DNA from: Actinomycetes bacterium | GTDB taxonomy: Bacteria; Actinomycetota; Acidimicrobiia; Acidimicrobiales; Aldehydirespiratoraceae | Direction: 5' to 3' | Length of the DNA: 56,745 nucleotides | Assembly: GCA_024276355.1 (NCBI GenBank) | Contig: JAJRXJ010000315.1 | Location: forward strand, 1-56,745 | Shown: one piece after another, positions 1 through 8,501 of the stretch | Numbering within the stretch: the first letter of the stretch is position 1 | How the letters are laid out: each line of letters starts with the position of its first letter | Made by a program: the position numbers and the translations under genes | The notes under the pieces: generated by a model | The model's database searches: none | The model's input: the letters and a program-made list of their open reading frames with translations, nothing else | What the model was told of the DNA's origin: nothing

Positions 1-1381
1 ACCCCGGTGTGTCGCAGAGAAACACGATCGGCAGGCCGTGGGCGTCGCACAATTGCATGAAGCGTGCCGCCTTGTCGGCCGCGTCGGAGTCGATGGCTCC
101 TCCGAGATGGCCGGGATTGTTGGCGATGACACCGACCGGGCGACCCTCGAGCCGCGCCAGCGAGGTGACGATCCCGATTCCGAACCCGGAACGAAGCTCC
201 ATGACAGAGCCGACATCGGACAACAGCTCGATCGCGTCGCGCACCGGGTAGACGCGTTTGCGGTTCTCGGGTACGACGTCGCGGAGGAGTGTCTGGTCGG
301 CACAATCCCAATTGTCGATCGGGCCCTGGAAGTAGGACAGATAGCGCTTCACGGCCGCCACGGCGGCGGCGTCATCGTCGACCAGGATGTCGACGACTCC
401 GTTGGTCGACTGCACGTTCATGGGGCCGATCTCGTCCGGTGAGAATGAGCCCAGCCCACCCCCTTCGATCATCGCCGGACCGGCCATGCCGAGATTGGCA
501 TCGCGGGTGGCGATGATCACGTCGCACACGCCGGCCAGAGCGGCGTTTCCGGCGAAGCAGCGACCCGACACGACGGCAACGGTGGGCACCGTGCCGCTGA
601 GTCTCGCCATCCAGGCAAATGACATCACGTTGAGGCCGGCAACGATCGGGACGTCGGTGTCGCCGGGACGGCCTCCCCCTCCCTCGGCAAAAATGACCAC
701 CGGTAGGTGGAGGCGATCGGCAATGTCGAGCAGGCGATCCTTCTTCTGATGGCCCCGAACGCCCTGGGTTCCGGCCAGTACCGTGTAGTCGTACGACATG
801 ACTGCACACCGACTCCGTTCGTCGGTGAACAAATCACCGTTGACCCGGGCGAGTCCGCCGACGATGCCATCGGCGGGGGTGTTGGCGATCAGGTCTTCGC
901 GGCTGCGTCGGGCGGTCTGGGCGGCATACATGAAGCCGCCGTACTCCTCGAAGCTTCCGGGGTCGACCAGATCGGCGAGGTTTTCGCGGGCGGTTCGACG
1001 GCCCTTGGCATGGACTCTGGCCACAGCCTCCGGACGGGCGCCGTCGAACAGCATGTTTCGCCGCTCGGTCACTTCAGCGAGGTCGGGTCGGATCCCGTGC
1101 GTGCCGATGTCGGTGGCGCGCGAGTCGATGTGATCGGGCGGGCTGTCGGTGAGGGCCTGCCGCTCGATGGACACCAATGTGTCGCCCGGCGCGACCACCG
1201 AGCCCACCTCGACGTGGATCTCGGATACAAGGCCGGTTGCAGGCGCGGCGATGAGATGTTCCATCTTCATCACCTCGACCACGGCCACCGGGTCTCCCTC
1301 TCGAATCGGGTCGCCGACCCCTACGCGGAGATCAACGACCGTGCATGCACTGCCCGCTGATGCTCTTGCGACGTCCGACAT
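1..1381 (-). CDS. Biotin carboxyl carrier + carboxyltransferase fusion (acyl-CoA carboxylase family), 3' end runs off the window
   Basis: Not in the ORF track because it has no stop in the window. ATG at 1381 follows GGAGG. Reads MSDVARASAGSACTVVDLRVGVGDPIREGDPVAVVEVMKMEH (biotinyl-Lys motif MKM), then the CT motifs DYTVLAGTQG and FAEGGGGRPGD. Confidence 0.88.
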   Translation of the reverse strand, partial: MSDVARASAGSACTVVDLRVGVGDPIREGDPVAVVEVMKMEHLIAAPATGLVSEIHVEVGSVVAPGDTLVSIERQALTDSPPDHIDSRATDIGTHGIRPDLAEVTERRNMLFDGARPEAVARVHAKGRRTARENLADLVDPGSFEEYGGFMYAAQTARRSREDLIANTPADGIVGGLARVNGDLFTDERSRCAVMSYDYTVLAGTQGVRGHQKKDRLLDIADRLHLPVVIFAEGGGGRPGDTDVPIVAGLNVMSFAWMARLSGTVPTVAVVSGRCFAGNAALAGVCDVIIATRDANLGMAGPAMIEGGGLGSFSPDEIGPMNVQSTNGVVDILVDDDAAAVAAVKRYLSYFQGPIDNWDCADQTLLRDVVPENRKRVYPVRDAIELLSDVGSVMELRSGFGIGIVTSLARLEGRPVGVIANNPGHLGGAIDSDAADKAARFMQLCDAHGLPIVFLCDTPG

Positions 1382-1471
1382 GTTTCCTCCGTGGTCGGCC
1401 TACAAGATGGCCGATGTCCACGGGTCATGCCGAATCGAACGTGGGGGGGGGGTTCGGGTCGGGTGCACGAA

Positions 1472-1503
1472 CGGGGATGCCCCGAAGGGGAGGGGCATCC
1501 CCG
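1472..1503 (-). terminator. GC-rich hairpin, probable intrinsic terminator of the 54-aa ORF
   Basis: Perfect 12-bp stem CGGGGATGCCCC-N8-GGGGCATCCCCG about 30 nt after the stop at 1536. Confidence 0.65.
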
Positions 1504-1535
1504 CCGTGTCTTCCGGGGTGCGATGTTGATTGGAC

Positions 1536-1700
1536 TCAGGCCGCCGCCGGAAGGTCTCTCCCTGGCAATCGAATCACCGCCCAGCGCTCCTGGCCGACCG
1601 GGTGGACCGACGTCGCTCCACCCACGGCGTTCGCCATGGTTATCGCGGCCGGGTGTGAAGTCACCGTGGCCATCACGATTCCGTTGTTGTAAGGCGCCAT
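1536..1700 (-). CDS. Small 54-aa hypothetical protein (not in ORF track)
   Basis: GGAGG-N8-ATG; MAPYNNGIVMATVTSHPAAITMANAVGGATSVHPVGQERWAVIRLPGRDLPAAA*; upstream promoter motif and downstream terminator hairpin. Confidence 0.6.
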   Translation of the reverse strand: MAPYNNGIVMATVTSHPAAITMANAVGGATSVHPVGQERWAVIRLPGRDLPAAA

Positions 1701-1767
1701 GGACCTGTCCTCCGTTAGCGTCTGTGGGGCGAGTCGTTCGACTCGCCGTTTGATCCGTACACGTCCC

Positions 1768-1795
1768 TGATCGGCGAAAGGCTCGTGCTGCTGGA
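1768..1795 (-). promoter_or_regulatory. Candidate sigma28 (FliA/WhiG)-type promoter
   Basis: Minus strand TCCAG-N15-GCCGATCA, compared with the sigma28 consensus TAAAG-N14-GCCGATAA. Confidence 0.4.
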
Positions 1796-1969
1796 TCGAA
1801 AAGGGTCACCGGAACCAGCGATTCGGGACCACTGCCGGATCACCGGGACCGGAGCGGAACCGGTTGGGTCCAAATGTCAGAGCCCGGGTGGGTCGGACGG
1901 CCCGGACCGGTCGCTTTGCGAGCAGGCATCGTGGCATCTACCGTTCGTTGATCCATCGATGGAGGTCCA

Positions 1970-2437
1970 GTGAGCAGAAATCGCCGAGACGCGATTCGGA
2001 TGACCGACAGTGAAGTCGAGCGGTTCATCGACACCCACAAGAGCCTCCAGGTGGGCACCATAGAAAGAGACGGCAGCGTTCACCTGTCGACACTCTGGTT
2101 CGCGGTCGTCGACTCGCGCATCGTGTTCGAGACGTACACCAAGTCGCAGAAGATCAAGAACCTCGAACGCGACAACCGGATCACGGTGCTTCTCGAGGAC
2201 GGCACGGTCTACGAAAAGCTCCGTGGGGTGATGATCAAGGGAACAGCCCGTTTGGTGACAGACCCGGCTGAGGTACATCCGTTGGCGTTGGAGGTGATGA
2301 AGCGAAACCAGCCCGACATCCCCGAGGATCTGTTGAGCAAGGCTGCTGAACACATGGCTTCCAAACGCACGGCGGTGATCGTCGAGCCCACGCGGATCGT
2401 CTCGTGGGATCACACCAAACTCGACGCCTCCTACTGA
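1970..2437 (+). CDS. Pyridoxamine 5'-phosphate oxidase-like (PPOX, probably F420-dependent) protein
   Basis: GGAGG RBS; split-barrel pattern QVGTIERDGSVHLSTLWF...SQKIKNLERDNRITVLLE...LRGVMIKG...SWDHTKL. Confidence 0.85.
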   Translation: MSRNRRDAIRMTDSEVERFIDTHKSLQVGTIERDGSVHLSTLWFAVVDSRIVFETYTKSQKIKNLERDNRITVLLEDGTVYEKLRGVMIKGTARLVTDPAEVHPLALEVMKRNQPDIPEDLLSKAAEHMASKRTAVIVEPTRIVSWDHTKLDASY

Positions 2438-2457
2438 GAGACCCGCGCGGAGCCCGC

Positions 2458-3642
2458 TCAACCCAAGCGGAGCGTCTCGAGGGGTTCGAGCCGGGCGGCC
2501 TTGGTGGACGGATACAGGCCGGCCAAAACCGACACGCCGATTGCCGCGGCCACACCCATGAGCAGAAGTCCCGGGCGAAGGACCACCACCCAGCCGCGCG
2601 ACCTCGACACGAACGCCACCACCAGGGACCCCACCCCTGCACCTGCCATTCCGCCGAACAGGCCCACCACCACCGACTCGAGCATGAACTGTCCGGCAAT
2701 GAGGCCCCGACCGTGGCCCAGCGCCCGTCTGATCCCGATTTCGGATGAGCGCTGAATGACGGAAATCGACATCACGTTGGCGATACCGACCCCTCCGACG
2801 ACAAGAGCCAGGCCACCCATGAGCGCCACGATGGCCTGCAACGTGGTGTCGGCAGCAGCCGCCGATTCGAGCGCATCGGTGGGCACCGAGGTATTCACCT
2901 CCTCGTTTCCGCCGAGGTTGATCGCCACCGGTAGAGCCGCTTCGGTGACCAAGGTCTGGGACGGGTCTGATCGCACGTAGAGGGTGGTGGCCTCCAAGCC
3001 GGTGTCGAAATCCCTGTCGGCGGCTTGGGGGGAGATGACCACAGCGTTGTCGAGAGTGGGTTCGAGCACCACTCGATCCATGACCCCCACCACGCCGTAC
3101 TTGAAACCGCCGACCGAGATCGTGCGTTCGGTGCCGGGAATGTAGGCGAACTCATCGGCCAGTCCGGCACCGATCACCGCAGCCCGTCCGGCGGTCGACA
3201 CATCGAACGAGTTGATCCATCGGCCAGACACGAGGCCGACATCCATTACATCGAGGAAGGCCGAGTCGGCCGCGATCACGGGGATCGGAAATGCCGTGTA
3301 GTAACTGTCGGCCGCGGAGTAGGGGCTGGTGACGACACCAGCGATGTTGATCACCGCGGTCGCACTCTCAACGGTGGAAAGCGACTCGACCCTGACAACG
3401 ACGTCCTCGGGAAAGGTGGGATCCTGGGTGCCGAACGATCCGGCAGCCTCGGCCTTGATCAGGTTGGTACCGAGCTGCGAAAGGGTCTGTTGAAGGTCTC
3501 CCTTGGCCGACTCCGTGAGGCCGACCGCGGCGACGATCGCCGAGACGCCGATGATCGGTCCGAGCATGATCAGCAGGGTTCGTGTGAGCTTTGCGGTGAG
3601 GCCGCTGGACGCCACCCCCAACAAGTCCCGGATGTTGCTCAT
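2458..3642 (-). CDS. ABC transporter permease, MacB/FtsX family
   Basis: Start reassigned to ATG 3642 (ATGA overlap with the ATPase stop). N-terminal TM, extracellular domain, GGVGIANVMSISVIQRSSEIGIRRALG signature, C-terminal GLYPSTKAARLEPLETLR. Confidence 0.93.
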   Translation of the reverse strand: MSNIRDLLGVASSGLTAKLTRTLLIMLGPIIGVSAIVAAVGLTESAKGDLQQTLSQLGTNLIKAEAAGSFGTQDPTFPEDVVVRVESLSTVESATAVINIAGVVTSPYSAADSYYTAFPIPVIAADSAFLDVMDVGLVSGRWINSFDVSTAGRAAVIGAGLADEFAYIPGTERTISVGGFKYGVVGVMDRVVLEPTLDNAVVISPQAADRDFDTGLEATTLYVRSDPSQTLVTEAALPVAINLGGNEEVNTSVPTDALESAAAADTTLQAIVALMGGLALVVGGVGIANVMSISVIQRSSEIGIRRALGHGRGLIAGQFMLESVVVGLFGGMAGAGVGSLVVAFVSRSRGWVVVLRPGLLLMGVAAAIGVSVLAGLYPSTKAARLEPLETLRLG

Positions 3643-4403
3643 GACAGCGTGCCCGAGGTGGATGTGGCTGACGGATCGCCGAGCGTTCCGCCGAACGCCG
3701 AGCCGGCATCGCCGCGGCGGACGATTTCGTCGGCCACGATCTTGCCGTCTCGCATGGAGATTCGGCGCCCGGCTGACGCGGCCACCGCGGGGTCGTGGGT
3801 GACGATGGCCACCGCCCGTTCGGGAGAATGAAGGCCGCGAAAGATCTCCATGACGTTGGCGGCGTTGGTGGAATCGAGGGCCCCGGTCGGTTCGTCGGCG
3901 AGGATGAGAGCGGGGTCGGTGACGATGGCTCTGGCAATGGCGACACGCTGCTGTTCCCCGCCGGAGAGTTGTACCGGACGGTGGTCGGCTCGGTCGGCCA
4001 GACCGATCCTTTCCAGGGCGTTCATGGCCAGCCGGCGACGGGCGGAGGACGACAGCCCGCGGTAGAGCAGCGCCGTCTCCACGTTGCGTCGCGCGTCGAG
4101 GTAGGGGATGAGGTGGAACTGCTGGAAAACGAATCCCACCACATCGCCGCGTAGACGGGATCGCTCCGCATCCGTGAGCTCCGAAACCGCGGCGCCGGTG
4201 ACCCACAACTCACCGAGGGAAGGCAGGTCGAGCAAACCCAACAGACCCAGCATGGTGGACTTTCCGGATCCCGAGGGGCCGACGATCGAGACGAACTCTC
4301 CTGACTCGATAGTGAGCGACACCCCATCAAGGGCATGGACCTGGACCTCGTCGCCGTAGATGCGCGACACATTGTCGAGTCGGAGAAGGGGTTCAGCACT
4401 CAT
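3639..4403 (-). CDS. ABC transporter ATP-binding protein, LolD/MacB type
   Basis: Walker [31 protein letters not shown], Walker [13 protein letters not shown]-loop VTHD. Confidence 0.96.
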   Translation of the reverse strand: MSAEPLLRLDNVSRIYGDEVQVHALDGVSLTIESGEFVSIVGPSGSGKSTMLGLLGLLDLPSLGELWVTGAAVSELTDAERSRLRGDVVGFVFQQFHLIPYLDARRNVETALLYRGLSSSARRRLAMNALERIGLADRADHRPVQLSGGEQQRVAIARAIVTDPALILADEPTGALDSTNAANVMEIFRGLHSPERAVAIVTHDPAVAASAGRRISMRDGKIVADEIVRRGDAGSAFGGTLGDPSATSTSGTLS

Positions 4404-6604
4404 TGTCCGCCGGTGACGTCGACGATCACTACCTCTCCGCCGGTCAATCCGGACACGATTTCCGTGAACGACCCATCCTGCAGCCCCGTGACTATCTCGG
4501 TCGGGGTGACAATCCCGGTCTCAGGATCAACGACCCTCACGATGTCCTTGCCGGTGCCGTCCTGGGACACAGCGGCGCGCGGCACCACCAGGGCATCGAC
4601 ACGTTCGTCGAGAGTCACATCGATGGTCACGTTGGCACCGTCGACAGCGATGAGATCGTCGGACACACTGACGATGCCTTCGTAGGTTTCGCCACCGGAA
4701 CCGTTGACCGTGGCCACGTCATCGAGCTGGGAAATGAATCCGTCCGACTTCTGATTGCCGGCCTCGATGTCGACGGTGACCACCTGCCCGACGGACAGTT
4801 CGGAGCGGTCGGTCGGATTGGCGAACAGCTTGATGGTGAAATCGGGTTCGGTGAGGGTGAGAAGCTCCTGGCCGAGTTGCACGGTCTGGCCCTCGTCGAC
4901 GAACACGGTTCCGACACGCGCCGGCCACGATGCCACGATCATGTCGGAAGGCACGAATATGACGTCGTCGTCGATGGTGGTGATGATCACGTCGACGTGG
5001 GTGCGACCGGCCCTGAGGTTGACCGTGCCGGTCAGCACCTCGTAGTCGCTGCCCATGGTGGCGGTGCCCGAGATCGAGTAGTCGACCGACACGTCGGTGG
5101 ACGGTGCCTCGCTGGCCCTGACGCGAATGGCGACGGATCCGCCTTCCCCGACGGTTCCGCCTCCCTCGAGCGTGAGGGTGGGCTGATCGTCGTCCTCGAT
5201 GATGACGGTCGCCGATACGGAGTTGACGTCGAGGTCGTATTCGTTGTCGGGGTCGTTGCTGTCGATCAGGGTGAGAGTGAGTGACTCGTCGCTCTCGATG
5301 GCTTGGTCCTGGACCGTTGCGATCGAGATCGATGCCTGATCGCTTCCGGCCGGGAAGGTGAACACCGGGGCCGGATCCTGCTCGGCGTAGTCGTCGATTT
5401 CGGTGGCCGAACCGGCCAGCGAGTAGGAGACATCCAGGGCATGATCGATGACCACGTCGGACTTGAGCTTGTAGACGACGTTGGCACCCTCGGTTATCCG
5501 GTCGGCGCCCCGATCGAGGCTCAGCGACAGCAGAGGTACGACGTTGGGGGTGGTGTCGACGATCGTGACCGTCAGGGAGTTGAGAGGGGCCACGTCGTAG
5601 TTGATGCCGGCTCCGATCGGTTGATCCGGTGTGATGGTGATGGTCCAGTCCTCGTCGACCTCATCCACGGTGTCGGTGAAGGTCTCGAACGGCAGAGTGA
5701 GGGTGGTTGCACCGGCGGGCCACACAATCGGAGAGTTCTCGAGGGGATCGTTGCGATAGTCGACATCGATGTTGGGGTCGTCGATCGCCGCTTGGTCGCC
5801 TCCGGTGGCGGTTCCGGTGAAACCGAGGTTGATCTGCATGTCGGCGGGAGGGGCCGGATCGGCGGTGAGCACGATGTCGACGGTGTCGCCCTCATTCAAC
5901 GTGATCTCGGTGTCGCGTACGCCTATTGCCGGTATCGGGGTCGACTGAAACGGAATCAGGATGGCGCCGGTGCCAACCGTGGTGTTTTTCTCGCCGCCGA
6001 CTCTCTCCGGCACCGAGGGACCAATTTTCACGGCCGCGGTGTCCTTGTCGCCCACCGTGTACCCGTTGGACGGGCGCAACGACATCACCACCGTCTCGAC
6101 CGGCTCCGGCGTGGCTCCGCCGTAGCCGTAGTCGATCTGCCATTCGCGGAGCGCTGCCCGGGTGGCCTCGGTGTAGAGCCGATCCACGGTGCCGGGGTCG
6201 TAGCCGTTCTCCTGCAGTATCCGTTCGAGCTGCAGGACATCCGGGCCGTCGGATCCCACATCGAGCGTGCGGTAGAAAGAGAAATCACCGTTGACGGCCA
6301 CCGCCGGACGGCCGTCGAGAGACAACAGAACGTCGCCGGGGTTGACCTGATCGCCGTCGGAAACATCGACCTGGCTGACCCTCCCGTCGAACGGAGAGTT
6401 GACCTTCTGCAACTCCTCACGGCGCAGTTCGCCCGACACTGTGAGGGTGTCGGTGAGGGTTCGATGCCCGATGGTGTCGGTGAGGATCTCCCTGGGAGCG
6501 ACCTGTGGGTCGGACGTGCCGGTGGTCTGCCAAGCAATGACACCTCCGACGAACAGGGCCACCACCACCACGGCTGAGATCATCTGGCGACGGTTGATGG
6601 TCAT
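4400..6604 (-). CDS. Efflux adaptor (MFP-like) with peptidoglycan-binding domain and inserted Calx-beta domains
   Basis: Start at 6604 (ATGA overlap). N-terminal TM; lipoyl half GRVSQVDVSDGDQVNPGDVL; PG_binding_1 GSDGPDVLQLERILQENGY...TRAALREWQ; Calx-beta patterns EG..V...GTAT...DY; second lipoyl half; C-terminal ALVVPRAAV...TGLQDGSFTEIVSGLTGGE. Confidence 0.85.
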   Translation of the reverse strand: MTINRRQMISAVVVVALFVGGVIAWQTTGTSDPQVAPREILTDTIGHRTLTDTLTVSGELRREELQKVNSPFDGRVSQVDVSDGDQVNPGDVLLSLDGRPAVAVNGDFSFYRTLDVGSDGPDVLQLERILQENGYDPGTVDRLYTEATRAALREWQIDYGYGGATPEPVETVVMSLRPSNGYTVGDKDTAAVKIGPSVPERVGGEKNTTVGTGAILIPFQSTPIPAIGVRDTEITLNEGDTVDIVLTADPAPPADMQINLGFTGTATGGDQAAIDDPNIDVDYRNDPLENSPIVWPAGATTLTLPFETFTDTVDEVDEDWTITITPDQPIGAGINYDVAPLNSLTVTIVDTTPNVVPLLSLSLDRGADRITEGANVVYKLKSDVVIDHALDVSYSLAGSATEIDDYAEQDPAPVFTFPAGSDQASISIATVQDQAIESDESLTLTLIDSNDPDNEYDLDVNSVSATVIIEDDDQPTLTLEGGGTVGEGGSVAIRVRASEAPSTDVSVDYSISGTATMGSDYEVLTGTVNLRAGRTHVDVIITTIDDDVIFVPSDMIVASWPARVGTVFVDEGQTVQLGQELLTLTEPDFTIKLFANPTDRSELSVGQVVTVDIEAGNQKSDGFISQLDDVATVNGSGGETYEGIVSVSDDLIAVDGANVTIDVTLDERVDALVVPRAAVSQDGTGKDIVRVVDPETGIVTPTEIVTGLQDGSFTEIVSGLTGGEVVIVDVTGGQ

Positions 6605-7353
6605 GGGGATTCGCTTTCCACTTGTGCGACCGCAATGTCGCGGCATTCCTTCATGTCGTCCGACTCGAGGATCGACTGGCCCTGGGGAGGTGTCAGGTCC
6701 TGGGGGATCTGAAGCAGCCCCCTGGCGTCGGGCTTCAGATCACCGATCTTCCATCCGCGCCCCTTGAGACAGTCGGCCCACTGGACCAACCCCCGGTTGC
6801 GTCCCTCGATCTCGTCGGCCGGGATGTTGTCGCTGGCTGTCTGGAGCTTCTGGAAGGCCCCTTGGATCTGACTCACGGCGGCGCACTCGATCAGGTCGTT
6901 GATGTATTGGGAATCGTTGACGGGATCCTTGGGATCGCCGCCGGCCGTCGGTATTCCGATGAAGGCCGTCCCTTTGTCGGTGAGGCATCCGTTGAAAACC
7001 TTCATGGCCGCGAACAGGCCGTCGACGGGGTCGGAGGTGTCGGCGTTCAGGGGAATCGTGGTCGTGGCCGGTGGCGCGGTTGTCGTCGTGGACCGCGGCG
7101 AGTCGACCGGTGCTGACGCAGAGGCTCCCGAATCGGACTCCGGGGTTGAGGTGGTCGCGACGGTCGTGGTGGTGACCGTTGTGGTCGGATGGGCGAGATT
7201 CTCCGGCTTGATGCTGACCTGCTCAGCGTCGCGGTAGACGACAGCGGCGGTACTTGCTGTGGATGCTCCGCACGCAGCAGCAGCCAACATGATCACCATG
7301 GCGACAGCTGTCATGGCGAATGGTTGGGGCTTCACCGGGAGTCCTAGTGACAC
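6601..7353 (-). CDS. Lipoprotein with Thr-rich linker and two Cys-containing helical repeats
   Basis: Lipobox-like MLAAAAC-G; Thr/Ser/Pro linker; repeats FNGCLTDKG..IEC and WADCLKGRG..KEC. Start could be ATG 7314. Confidence 0.8.
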   Translation of the reverse strand: MSLGLPVKPQPFAMTAVAMVIMLAAAACGASTASTAAVVYRDAEQVSIKPENLAHPTTTVTTTTVATTSTPESDSGASASAPVDSPRSTTTTAPPATTTIPLNADTSDPVDGLFAAMKVFNGCLTDKGTAFIGIPTAGGDPKDPVNDSQYINDLIECAAVSQIQGAFQKLQTASDNIPADEIEGRNRGLVQWADCLKGRGWKIGDLKPDARGLLQIPQDLTPPQGQSILESDDMKECRDIAVAQVESESP

Positions 7354-7429
7354 GAGCAGGGCACAGGTCGGCGGCAGGGGCGACCGCTGCCGACTCTAGT
7401 TGAAATCGGGTGGCCATCGACAATCGCGA

Positions 7430-8425
7430 TCATGCCCCCCCGAGGAGACTCCACACCGATCGCTGGGGATACCCGGATCCCGGGGACACGGAGATGCCTT
7501 GATGGGATGAACTGAACGCCGCGGCGGTGGCGATGTCGATCAACCCGGGGGCCAGGCTGAAGTCGGGCCACGGGGCGGCATCACCTCTGGCCATGGCCCC
7601 GAGCCTTTCGATCTGGGCCTTGAACCCCAGCTCGGTGTAGGGGTCGTCGGAATCGGCGATCATCACCGTTTCACCGTTCACCTCGAGCGTGGGTGGGGGA
7701 GCGAGCTCGAGTTGGACCACGGTGTCGTCGCTGGCGACTTCGAGGGAGGTGGAGGGGGAATCGTCACCCCAGGTGATGTCGACGGTGATGTCGCGGTGCA
7801 GAAGATTGTCGGTCCGGAGCTCGAGGCTGGCCCGAACGTCGATCCGTTCGGAATCTGCCGGTAGTTCAGCACAGACCGACACCACTGGCGCCCCGAGGGC
7901 AGCCAGCAGCAGGGGCATGATCCTGCATCCGGGGTCGATGACCGCTCCACCCCCGAATCTGGGGGTTCCGTGATCGCCCCAGTCGGGTCTGGGGCCGTGG
8001 CTCCGAAGCGCGAAGTGGAACGGTGAATCCATTGATGCGATCTCTTGGAGCGCCCGGCGTGTGATCGGAGCGTGCAGGAGGTTGGCGGCGGCCATCGTCG
8101 GTGGGAGAGCGGTGTCGGCGAGGGCATCGAGATCCGGTGTTGATGACCCGGAAGGGGTCTCGACAAGAACCGCCGATACCCGGCCGGCGACCGCCGCGAG
8201 CACTGACGGGGTGTCGGCAGGGGGCACGGCAACCACGACGGCCTCCGACTTGCCCAGTGCCTGCTCAAGCGTGAGTTCCGGTACCTCGGCCTGTGCCGCG
8301 AGCTCGGACGCCTTGCCGAGGTGTCTGCCGACAACTCCCTCCAACTCCACGTGTTCGGCGAGCAAGGCGGCCGCTGCGTGAAATGCGGCGGCACGTCCCG
8401 TACCGATGATCGAGATCGATGTCAT
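7430..8425 (-). CDS. Gfo/Idh/MocA-family oxidoreductase-like protein (divergent)
   Basis: Start reassigned to 8425. Rossmann start MTSISIIGTGRAA; VLVETP at the EKP position; FGGGAVID. Confidence 0.75.
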   Translation of the reverse strand: MTSISIIGTGRAAAFHAAAALLAEHVELEGVVGRHLGKASELAAQAEVPELTLEQALGKSEAVVVAVPPADTPSVLAAVAGRVSAVLVETPSGSSTPDLDALADTALPPTMAAANLLHAPITRRALQEIASMDSPFHFALRSHGPRPDWGDHGTPRFGGGAVIDPGCRIMPLLLAALGAPVVSVCAELPADSERIDVRASLELRTDNLLHRDITVDITWGDDSPSTSLEVASDDTVVQLELAPPPTLEVNGETVMIADSDDPYTELGFKAQIERLGAMARGDAAPWPDFSLAPGLIDIATAAAFSSSHQGISVSPGSGYPQRSVWSLLGGA

Positions 8426-8501
8426 GGGGCAATCGTGGCACGTCGAACGTCTCAAACCGACGACGGCAAATGAGGGAATATGGCAGGTACGGTTCAGGAC
8501 G

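Noticed and set aside
1728-1747. GTTCGACTC resembling a tRNA T-loop
   Set aside because: It is a simple 8-bp hairpin; no cloverleaf can be drawn
1800-1960. Possible riboswitch (CGCAAAGC..CCGGTC on the minus strand resembles c-di-GMP-I; CCACTG..CGGGA on the plus strand resembles cobalamin)
   Set aside because: The flanking conserved elements (GGCAAACC..GAAA stem; GGGAA/B12 box) are missing, so only short matches remain
3643-4206. Apparent N-terminal extensions on the permease (similar cases: fur, DUF3501, GMC, glpK, moxR, rsmH)
   Set aside because: Arg/Pro-rich out-of-frame read-through of neighbouring genes; overlap codons, RBS or -10 elements define later starts
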